Assembly: GCA_030704615.1 (NCBI GenBank)
Contig: CM060731.1
Span: forward strand, 29,326,001-29,390,000
Source of the DNA: Takakia lepidozioides
Lineage: Eukaryota > Plantae > Bryophyta
Direction of reading: 5' to 3'
Length of the DNA: 64,000 bases
Shown: positions 43,780 to 54,600 of the stretch, piece by piece
How the letters are laid out: each line of letters starts with the position of its first letter
Position numbering within the stretch: position 1 is the stretch's first letter
Position numbers and translations under genes: made by a program
Notes under the pieces: generated by a model
Told to the model about the DNA's origin: nothing
The model's database searches: none
Seen by the model: the letters and a program-made list of their open reading frames with translations, nothing else

Positions 43780-44750
43780 ACGTTGCTCAGCCATAGCCAA
43801 GCTGATAATCCAGGTCAAGCAATTGAGATCCATTGCTTGCCCCAACACCTGACGACGTGATGCCTCAGAAAGAGAAGGCACCGCCGTGGTCCCAGTGGAA
43901 AACCCCATAGCCCGCTCTCGCTCGTCGGCATTAGGCTCTACTAACTGTTGCAACTGAGCATCCCACAGGAGGCCAGGTCCACCATCCCGAAAAGCATGGG
44001 ATCCTGGGAAGCTGAGCAGTGTAGGTAATGCTGCTCGTGGTTGACCCACCCTGTTGACCACTGCCAAAGGCGAACGGTCATCGTGTCTCACACGTTGAGA
44101 CTGCCTTCCTGTGTCCAAAATACCATCCACGGTGAGGTGTGTTGGCCGCTGCACCCCATCAAATGCACGCTTGAGCAGTGCGGGTGGCATCAAGTTAGTC
44201 CACCATAGTCGTGGACGATGAGCCCGTGACCCCACTGCAGCTGCATCCAGCAACACTGCTGACCCAAGCCACGACCGGACTTGATGCACACTGGCCATCA
44301 CCCTGGCCCGAGAATCACCCATCAGCGGCACATTCTCCAAGATGTATGCCGGAGATACAGCTTGATGAAGCTGCAAGTGGCGCAAAATCCGCACCATCTC
44401 CCAAAACAAACCCGTCCTCGAGTCTAGCAATCCATTGCCATGCCCGGCTGATGAATGCCCTTGGCAGGGCCAACCTGCCACTACCAGATCAATGGAGCCA
44501 ACCCGCTCCAAATCCTGGCCCCCAGCAACGCAATGTCTGCTGGCAAGGCCTGCTGATATCCACGAACTGCAGACACCGGCAACAACTCAGGGTACTGCTG
44601 CAGCACTGAGCAACATGGCGCAGTGAGACGCGTCGTGCAGTCTCATCCTTCTCCACATACAGGTAACGTCGAACTCGTACACCTGCCTGTAGCACAGCAG
44701 CCAATCCGGTGCTGATCCAGTCAAACAAGTCCAGAAGGCAAATGCCTTCA
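43780..44750 (-). CDS. C5 cytosine DNA methyltransferase domain, DNMT3-like, within the polyprotein (two frameshifts near 44500-44610)
   Basis: Motif I LLDLFDWISTGL; II YLYVE; IV IDLVVAGWPCQG (catalytic PC); VI YILENV; VIII AHRPRLWWTNL; IX ERERAMGF; X RRQVLGQAM, in canonical order. Confidence 0.92.
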
Positions 44751-44911
44751 TCCGGATACTGCCACACAATAGGTGTGGTATCCAATGGTGACAACTGAGG
44801 TGGTCCTGGTGCAATACCCGCACTCTCCTCCTCTCCTGACGGAACAAAAGCCTCTACCCAGGCTTGTTGCACCCGTCGATCAGCAACCTGCTGCAAATCC
44901 TTGCTCGTACC

Positions 44912-47697
44912 CTACAATGGAGTGTGAGCAACCATGGCAGGCAACTCCGCCATACCATGCATGTCATCCTGCTCTGCTGGAGGTGGCACATCCTCTGCAT
45001 GGGCATTGCCTTCCAGCAACTCTCCAGGCCAACTAACTGCAGCTGTAAAGGCGGCTAGTGTTGGCATCTTGCCCCGCTGGGCAGCCGCTATACCCCCAAT
45101 GAATGTCACAGGGAGCTGTGCACGGTGACCATCGCCTGACTGCCATCCAGGCCTATAGGATGCTGACTCCTCCCAAAAGTCCAGGGTGAAGCCCATGGAG
45201 TATAACACTGCCCCACCAACAAGGACATCGTAAGAGACTGCGTCTGTCACAATGGCCTTGGCTCGCATTACTGAGCCATCGATAGGATGATCCAGCTGCA
45301 GTCTAATGGCCAACTGATGCCGTGTCATGCCCTGAGCCTGCTCTGATCCTCCCAGAGATGTCTGTATCTGGAAAGGACAAGGCTCCATATTCGCCTCCAT
45401 GAGGCCCAAACCTGCAATAGCAGCTCTGCCCAACATCAGTGGCTGAGCTCCTGAGTCCAACAAGACCCGCAGTGGCCGGTACTTCTTGCCTGCCAGTCCA
45501 CTCAAAGTGAAAATGCCTCCCTGGTTGTCTAACAAGACAACTCCAGGTGTCACCATGGCGCGCTCAAAGGCTGGCCTAGCTGGCAGCTCCGTCAATCTGG
45601 CAGCTGCAGCTTGCCAGGGCGCTGCCATGGCAGTCTTGACCCTCAAATCTGAGGATCCCTCTGCCACTACACCTTCCACTAACTCCGCAGAAGATGAAGT
45701 GACCTCTCCACTCTCGCAGAGTGTTGCTGCTAATCTGAACACTGCAGCTGGTCTCACTCCCGGCGTCGCAATCATGGTTGCCGAGAACAGTGGGGCTTGA
45801 CACACAGAGGTGGCTGCCCCCAACAACATACCGGCTGCACTAGCCTTGGCAGCAGGTGTCAGTGCTGCACGTGTAGCTCTCCCCAATGGCATAGAAACCT
45901 CCGCCTCGGTAACAATCGGGCGAGAACTAGGTGCCATGGATGGCGTTGACACTGTCTCCGCCAAGGTGAATGACTGAGGCAGCCTCGCTTGACGGCTTGC
46001 CTCCCCACGATGTGGATCCAACTCCACCTCTGCACCTCGTGGCTCAGGAACTCGTGCTGCTCCTCGAGTCACGGCTGCAGCAGACTCCACATGCTCTAGT
46101 GGTAGTGCTGCTTCGCACATGAATCCCATGCCTCCCATATCTCCTCCCTCAGGAGCAGGAGGTGGACCATCCCGCCTGGGAGCCGGTACCGCCTGAGCTA
46201 TAGCCATGGCAGCGAGCCTCTGCTCTAGCTGCTGAAGCCGATTGGCCATGCCTTGGTCAACACCCTGACCTCCGCGTCCTTGGCCATGTGGAGCTTGCCC
46301 TTGGCCTGCACCTCGTGCCCGACCACCTCGTCCTCTTTGGGCTGGTCCACCTCGCCCCCGGCCACCATTGTTCCCTTGGAACTGGCCTGGGCGCAACTCA
46401 GGATGCAAGTCATAACACTGGGCATCTACATGCCCATACTTGCCACAATGCCCACACTGCAACTGTGCAGGCTGTGCTTGTGCCGGCCTTCTGCCATTCT
46501 CTGGGCAATCTCTTTTGACATGGGGTCCTCCACATGTCCAACATATCACCCCTGGTTGCTGTTGGCCTGCAAAAGATGCCACGGGCCTCTGCACCTGAGG
46601 TCCCCTGTAAGCTCCATGGAACTTGGGCTGGGCAACCTTGCCCCCCTGACCACGCTGTTGGGCAGTCCCTTGTGCCTGTGGGCTGACAGCTGTGCCCCGT
46701 GCAGGCATGTCCTTGCCAAATCCAATTGTAACAACTCGCTCCTCCACCATGTTGAGCTCAATCCGCTCAGCCAGCAGAAACACATCTGCTAATGTGGGTT
46801 GGGCTGCTTGTAACAGGGTTGCATCTCGCACCCTTCTCTTGAGCTCCTTGTCCAGAATTCCATACCAAAACTGGATTGCCTGAGCTTCAGTAACCCTTGG
46901 GTCACACTTATCAAGCGCCTCATACGAGTGTACGCCTCTCGCAGGCTCTCACTGGGTTTGCGCTGGAAGTCTTGCAAACTTCGCAGCTTCTCTGTCCGTA
47001 CACCTTGGTAGTTCCTCCGCAACTCCTGGAAGAACTCCACCACCGGGTTGAATCTAGGCACATGTGTTGTAGTCGTGGCAGGAGGAGTAGTAGCACCTTT
47101 TGAACTGGTACCACCTGCAGAAGTACCAGCACTACTTGTTCCACTACTAGTGCTGGCAGTGGGAGATATTGGTACTGATGCAGCTACTGGTCGCGTCGTG
47201 CCTCGAGTAATGGAGACGTAGTCAGGTGACCAATACATCCTCCACTCCTCAATCTCTGCTTCATGTCCTCGCCTGAACTCGTGGTAATCGTCCATAGGCG
47301 GGCCTTCCAAATGCTGGAACAGTCCCTTCCACGCCATGAATGGGGTGAATAGCTGTGGATTGCGCATCTGCTGCAAATCACACCAGCTGTCGAACTCCTG
47401 GATAAAGTCATCCAACTCGATTGTGCCCACAGCTCCAGAGTACCTACGAGGCCCCTTGGTAGCTCCATACATCTCCTCCATGTCGTCCCACAACAATGGC
47501 GAATGAAAGTGCACACCTGTTGATGAAGCCTCCGAGTCTGTGTCTGACTCTACAGTAATTGAGGGTGGCGGTGAAGGTGGTCTGAACCGAATACCTCGTC
47601 TTGTGAACCCACTCTCACTGTTACTGCCTGTAGCCGTACTCCCCTCAAAACCCTTGGGTAACTCCGTAATGACACTCACAATGTGCACCTCCTCCAC
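44912..47697 (-). CDS. Inner element Gag (two zinc knuckles) and aspartic protease; one frameshift near 46830
   Basis: FQRKPSESLREAYTRM (gag core), CWTCGGPHVKRDC, CGHCGKYGHVDAQC, VLLDSGAQPL, YDVLVG. Confidence 0.88.
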
Positions 47698-50339
47698 GTG
47701 ACACTGTAAGGCTCTAGTACTAATCTAATAGTGACACGGGTGGGCACCTGTTGCAGTTTAAGGGTCATATCCCAATGGCTCAGGGCACCTGCACCTGCAT
47801 CCACCGCAAGAACTCATATGGTTGGCTGGTCATCAACCCAGCCTCACCATAGAAGAAACACTGGTGGTCTTGCTGGTCATCACTCCAGCCTCACCACCGA
47901 CAGCATACTCTAGGATTGACCGGTGATCAAATCCGGCCTAATCCCTATGAAAGCAAGCGCCCACACAAAACCAACATGGCGCACAGTCAAGCATGCAGGT
48001 GTTGGGGGGGATCCAAACACAAGAAATCAAAACATCAACACCCATACACCAAAATCCAGCTGCAATGCTGATCCTGCAGAATATCCCAGCCCAAAACCCC
48101 GGACTGACTGGCCTCCACCAAGAGAGGCTTTGGCAACTACGAGTACAAGGTAATGAAAATAGTACAGAGATGGAGGGGAAGAATAGAAGCCCGCCCAAGC
48201 AAGATCTAATCCTGATCTATGCTATCAACTTCCAGACTTCTCTCAAAGTGCCTCGCTCTGCGTGATGGTAAGGTGTAGGAGGTATATCTATGTCCAGAAA
48301 CCTGCCACTAACTTGTCCCAAGCTACAGTAGCTCGCTCTAACCAACCCTCCTCCTCTTTCTGCCAGGTAGAGACAAAGCAATACTCCCCTATCTCCCGCT
48401 CACTGAACACTAAAGAAAACAAGGTAGGGTGTCTGATAGTCTCTCAACTCGAAAGCTTTGAGACGGTTGCGGGTGTCCTCATTGCGAATGACTGCATCTC
48501 CTTCACGCACACAAACATGTCATTGCTGATGAACCCCGCTCGTGGTTGCCTTGTGCAGAGCGTATCCGGCTGCAACCATGTCTGATTGCACAAACTTGTG
48601 TAGCTCCTGCTCCTCTGCTCCAGTACACCACGGCCTTGTGGCTGAACACCTTGGTCCCCGGGGCTGTCTTTGGCTGTGTTCCAAGCCTAGCTTTCACCCA
48701 CTTTGGTGTTTCACCTACAGCTGCAGAACTGCTGGCTCCAACAGAGTTCTGACTGTCCAAGGCGATATTGAGGCCCTCAACGCCAACTACAGCAGTTTAT
48801 TGTCCACTACTAATGCCTGACTCCCAGTATGCAATCAACTCGTCCAACTGTTCTCCACTCAAATCAGTTTGAGTTCCTTGGGAAACATAAATCTTGTCCC
48901 CTTTGGTGCACAGGCTAAGAGAAGAGACCTGCCCTTCAATCACGTCCTCATTTCCCCCAGCCATACAAGGAGTACATCCCCAGATTTATCTCTCATGTAG
49001 ACCAGAACAGGTTCTAGAAACAGGATTGTGGATCTTTCATGGCACACTCACACTCTAAAAATTCCATAGATTTTTAGCAGAGTCCAAAAAACAGAAACCA
49101 AGTCTAAATAGGTAGATTTCCCCTTTCTGCAGCTATCCCCTCAAAAACTGAGTCAAACGGAGCCCATTTGACAAAGATATGACCAACCAGGCTCTTTAAA
49201 CATAACATTTATTTTTATTTTTATTTTTTTAATAAGACAAAACAAATACAAAGAAAACTCTATTGTCTTGGTTCCCTGTTCCCTGGTTCCCTGTTCCTGT
49301 ATATGTGCCCAAAGTTTCAAATTGGTACCAGCGGCTCTTAGGTATTGTTCATATTCGCCTGGCAGCCGTCGTCTCTGTGGCGAACGCAGCCCGCCAGTCT
49401 CCCGCAATCCTGTCAGCTCAACTTGAGCAACACAGATCGTTCTCGTGCACCATGATAGCTCCAAAACTATGGGCGGCCCAGGAAGACGACGTCTCCTCAC
49501 TTAATGAGAACGCTGAGTGCAAAAGGACAATGGTATAAACGGACAGCTGAAAGCGGCTCACAGTAAGGCCGGGGAGGCTATCTTTTGGCAAAGCAATTCA
49601 AACGTTCATGCACAAACTAGTACCAACCCTGGACGAGTTCCCTGGACGCGTCTAGACTCCCACCAAGCATGCTTGCCCTGCTGGAAAGGGCGGACCCGAC
49701 CCATTCACTTCTTCAAGCACAGAAAGAGAAGGAAAATCCCTTGGTGACGAAGGACTTGGTGCTTGAGGTGCCTGAAAACTGCTTCGATGGGCCTCCCTCA
49801 ACATTGGTTTGAGCCTCTTCCTTCTCAGCTGCTGCCTGAGTCTGCAAATGCTGCACGCAGCATGCTCCTAACTCCCACCTTCAATTCTTAGCTTGCATGT
49901 CTTACTTTGTCAGTCTCTTGCTTGTTGCTCCCACTGCTGCTAGGCTGGTGATGCATATCTGCAGAGGACCAGCAGCTCCCTCCCATGTGTGGAGCACCCC
50001 TTCTTGAGTCCATCCCTCATCCATTGTACAGTTCTGATGTCTATATAAGAGGTGGGAAGAGATATGGCTGATTGTTCAGGGATAAACAATGTTGCAATGA
50101 GGCAGCTGCAAGCTGCCAAATCAAAGACTTAGATGGCCATCAGCTCCTTTGGTTGTGCCCTGTTCTTTCATGCTCAAGCTCTCTCTGAATGGTCTCTCCT
50201 GAGCTGACAGTGCCCAACCTGTCGACTTCTCCACATTCTCTTTCACATCTCTACCGTCAGGTTGCTCTACCGAGACATCGCCGCTCCCGCTTCTTCCTGT
50301 CTTAACAACGTCCTCTGCCTCTTCAACCTTCAGTTCTCT

Positions 50340-50625
50340 TCTTCTCTCATGAGAGGTTTGCAATCCAGTGGGTTCTCCTAAATATTTTGCAACTTCCCAT
50401 TGTCATTTCTGCTGGGAACTGCACCATTCTCAGAGATCCATTTGTCTCGAATGCTTTCAAGTAGAGCTCGGCTGGACGGTTCTCATTCTGCACCTTCACA
50501 TACCAGCATTGTAGCGGCTTGCGTGCAAAGCGTAGCCTCATACTCTCATAAGCCTGTCTTGAGACACCAACGTAATATAGAATCTTTTCCTCATAAAAAA
50601 TGGCATACACACTTGCCTTCGAGTC
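50340..50625 (-). pseudogene. Captured fragment of a plastid/cyanobacterial-type GIY-YIG domain gene
   Basis: VYAIFYEEKILYYVGVSRQAYESMRLRFARKPLQCWYVKVQ..RP(frameshift)RALLESIRDKWISENGAVP..ENPLDCKPLM. It resembles cyanobacterial GIY-YIG proteins and the GRXS16 N-terminal domain (recognised from memory). Confidence 0.7.
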
Positions 50626-50820
50626 AGGTTTGCTGCAATCTGCAATCGTACCTCCTCAGTCAAGAATGCTACGAACTCGAGATCACTCAAAATAAAGAAA
50701 GCCACCCACTTGTGCCTGTCGCCTTCGCAGTGCATCTTGCTTCCGCCTATATTCTTCTTGTGCCTGGAATGTGAGCTGCCGTGTTTGTCTTGGTGTTCAT
50801 CGGCTGCTGCCAGTTTTTTA

Positions 50821-51043
50821 CTTCCACGTCCTCCATTATCCGAATTTGTTGTCTGCTTTCCCATCCAGATCCATGTACTCCGCAGCTTTCATCTTCTCCT
50901 TGATTTGCCTTGTGTACTCCAAAGCCTTTGGTGACGGTAGCTTCAGCGACTGCAACAACAGTGACGGCTCTAGCATCGTCATCCTCCAGGCGTTTCAGGG
51001 CACGCTGAATCTTGTGGTCACATTCAATGATATGCTTCTCAAA
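50821..51043 (-). pseudogene. LUC7: Captured exon fragment of a LUC7-family (U1 snRNP) gene
   Basis: FEKHIIECDHKIQRALKRLEDDDARAVTVVAVAE..(frameshift)LEYTRQIKEKMKAAEYMDLDGKADNK matches the plant LUC7 coiled-coil as I recall it (ECDRKI.RAL.RL.EEDAKA..IKEKMKEAD..DLEGK). It is preceded by an AG. Confidence 0.75.
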
Positions 51044-51132
51044 CTAAGCACTACTTACACACAAATAATCTTGCAAGTGCTAACCCTCAACTCCTACCTT
51101 GCACTCACAGGTAAGAGAGCATCTCTCTCGAG

Positions 51133-51487
51133 TGATAAGAAAACTAGAAAACACACTGCTCACACCAGAAACAACATGAATCCATCGCTATTACTCTTTA
51201 AAACAGAAGTCGAGCCAGGGGCACCCCAAGCTATGGGGACTCCACCCCACAACAACCTACACCCCCATCATAAGCACACTCAAATCTAAACGCATGAAGG
51301 AGCTCGGTCGCGCAGGCTCAACTCGAGAGAGATGAGCCGCGCGACTGCCGCTCTCGTGAAGATAAGACGGACCAGGTGTCAAACTAAACTTGACACCTGA
51401 TTTAACACTTGACCTAAATCCAAGTGTTAAATACAAATAACTAGTTTTATTCTAGTTGTTTTCACACTGTGCTTATTTAACTTGACA
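51133..51487 (-). repeat. 5' terminal repeat B'
   Basis: Near-identical to 39663-40017. Confidence 0.95.
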
Positions 51488-51654
51488 CATACCGTGCATC
51501 ACCATTCCAAACAAAATAGGAAGCACAACATTTGGAAACCATTTCATTTATAAACAAAATTTGTACAACACAAGTTTTTGCAATCGGATTCCTGAGCTAG
51601 CTAAGCCGGAGTAAGCATGCATTTCCTCCCCCACGATCTAAGGTTGATGTCCCC

Positions 51655-54600
51655 CTAAACACTTCTTCCACTTTTGAGGTCGCCTTTCGAAGTTGCAACC
51701 GCCTCAGATGCATTTCCCATCTCTGAGGCACCCACCCAAATTACCTCCACTTGATCATAGCCCTTCCATTTTACGAGATACTCCGTTTCTCGATTCTTGA
51801 ACTTCCTCGACTTAAGCACTGTCTCCACCTCGTACTCAGGTTCATTTTCATGATCCAAAAGCACAGGTGGCGGACGCAACACTTGATGCCGATTCGGACG
51901 CGCCTCATCTTTGAAGTAAGGTTTAAAAAAGGAAACGTGGAATACCGGATGCACCTTGTTGTTTGCTGGCAGCTCCAAATTCATACACATCCTCATTCAT
52001 AACCTTCCGGATGCGAAAGGGCCTTGCATACGGAGGTACGAACTTCAGACTCACTTCCGGAGGTAGTCGAAAATTCTTGATGTTCAACCAGACCTCCGTG
52101 CCTGCCTCAAACTTAACTTCCCTCCGTTTTCGATTTGCATGTCGTTCATACCGTTTCCTAGCTTTGGCAATGTTGTACTTTGCGAGCTCCAACAAACGCT
52201 CGCGTTCTTCCAGTACCGCTAGTGCTGCCGGTTCCTCAACGTCCTGGGCGGCCCAACTCGTCGGCACCAGAGCGCATCCAAGTGCTCTACCCAGTTTGAC
52301 TAGTCTGCCGACACATAATTATGCAAAATTTGCTTCACCACGGCATTCACTCTTTCCGTTTGGCCGTCCGTTGTAGGTCGGAAGACGGTGCTCGTCCCCA
52401 TTTTATTCCAAAGTGCCCTCCAAAATTTATTTGTAAACTTTGGGTTGCGGTCTGAGACAATATCCTTAGGGAGTCCATGATGCTTGAAGACGTGGGCGAA
52501 GTAAAATCGCCCCGTCTCTTGCGCCGTTACCGTCTCCTTGGTGGGAATGAAATGGCGCATTTTACTGAACCCACTACAACAGATCGCGGTAGTTATGACT
52601 GCCAAACCGTGGTAGTCATGGTTTTCATAACTTTGACCATGACTGCACCATGTTTTTATATGAAATTGACTTCCCGCAGTCGTTCATACGACTGTAGTCA
52701 TATGAACGACTATCTAAATAGTCGTCTGTATGACTACATGGCTCCGGAATGGGCGGAAGGCTGGTCAACGGCAATTGACCAAATTTAGCTCACCATTCAT
52801 AGTCATTTCCATGACTACAGTGTACATAGATGAGGTTACATGGTCATGATGACTACTGAGGATTTTGTAATTTGGTGTGTTTAATACAATTAAAACACCA
52901 TATGATCATATGAATGACTAATGGGTGTATTGGTTAACAGGTAGTGAACTATAACCCTTATAGTAAAGAGGTTGCAGGTTCAAACTCCTCTAAGTACAAT
53001 CAAATGGATAAGATGGCCCTAGGGTTAGTAGGCGAGCTAGGGATAGCACGTGGTATCCTAGATGGATTGCCACGTGGTTTTTTCATTATTATAAAATGCA
53101 TTACGCCACGTGGCACAATGCGGTGGCATTTGACATATGTTTTTATTTTTTTTATTTTTTTATTTAATCTAATTTTTTAAATCAATTGTGCCTCGCCTGC
53201 GCGGCAGAGTGAGTGGCGGAGTGTGGCGGGCTGCAGTATGGTATATATGACTGCAGTGAGAGATATCACTTGGTTCATATGACTGTAGTTATCCGGACCG
53301 TACCATCATGTACTCATTGTATTGACTTGGTTTGCACGACTTACAGTCATAGAAGTCATATGTACCGTTTATGACTGCAGAATAGTTATATATATAGTCA
53401 TAAATACCGCGATATGTTGTAGTGACCTATCCACCACCACCATGATTGCATCAAATCATTTTGACAGCGGCAAAGAAGTCATGACATCCATCGAGACACT
53501 TTCCCAATACCCATCTGGAATCGACAAGGGTTGTAACAGCCCCGCTTGCTTTTTGTACTCGCTCCGATTTTGTTGGCATGTGGTGCATGTCTTGATATAC
53601 TCCTCGGCCTCCTTCCTCAGTTTGGGCCATAAATACTCTTTCTTCAAGAGTGCCGCGGTGCGCTTGGCTTCGCCGTGGCCCGCAAGCGGGCCATCGTGGC
53701 ATTCTTTCAAGAGACTATCTCTGATCCTTCCCTTCAGCACATAAAGACGCTTTTGCTTGTACCGGAGCAGTCCATTGTGTAAGCGGAACTGCGATTTAAC
53801 CCCCAACCTCAAGTCCTGCATCACGGACTTTGCCATCTCATCCTTCCGGTAAGCCTTCCGGATTTTCCTTCGGAGCGTTGTTTTGTCCCTGGACACTAAC
53901 ATGAGCTGCTATTTTCTACTTAAAGCATCGGCCACCATATTGTCCCGTCCCAGTTTGTACTGGATATCCACGTCGAACACTGCCAAAGTGTCTTGTCACC
54001 TAAGGTGTTTGGGGGACAACTTAGGCTGCGTGGCAAAATACTTCACCGTGACATTGTCTATGAACACCTTCACCGGGTTGGAACCAACATAGTGGCGCCA
54101 AAGCTCAAGGCAATGCACCACCGCCTTCAGTTTTTTTCTCGTGCGCATGCCACCGTCGCTCCACTTCATTCAGTTTCTTACTTTCGTAAGCCACTGGACG
54201 TCCATCCTGCATGAGCACATCCCCAATTGCGAAGTCTGATGCATCTGTATGAATCTCAAATGGACGGTCGAACTCCGGGATTTTCAGGACTAGAGCTTCC
54301 GCCATCCGCTGCTTCAACTCGGCAAAAGCTTGGCCACAAAAGGTGTTCCATACCCATATCTTGGACTTACACAGAAGGTCTGACAACGGCCCCGCGATCT
54401 TGGCGAAATTTCACAGATACTTTCGGTAAATAAGAAGCGAGTCCTAGGAATGATCACACTCCCGGGACCGAAGTCGGAGGCTCCCAGTCCAAGATTGCCA
54501 TCACCTTTTTGTCATCCATTTTGATCCCATCCTATGTAATCACATAACCTAGGAACTCCACTTTTGTGACCCCGAATTCGCACTTTGAAGCTTTGGCATA

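Larger units (their letters stand above)
39577..51487 (-). mobile_element. Inner integrase-encoding retrotransposon with split direct repeats, a DNMT3-like methyltransferase and a PHD finger
   Basis: Termini TGTC...GACA; 4-bp TSD CATA (39573-39576, 51488-51491). Repeats: A 39577-39661 = A' 40020-40104; B 39663-40017 = B' 51133-51487. Inserted in the 3' non-coding region of the chromovirus. Confidence 0.92.

Noticed and set aside
44912-44914. In-frame TAG before the DNMT as a programmed readthrough site
   Set aside because: Two other in-frame stops of the same mutational type occur in the polyprotein, so decay is the simpler explanation.
39663-51487. B and B' as conventional LTRs of a plain gypsy element
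   Set aside because: The flanks (CACAA versus CATAC) are not a TSD, the PPT abuts A' rather than B, and repeat A is left unexplained.
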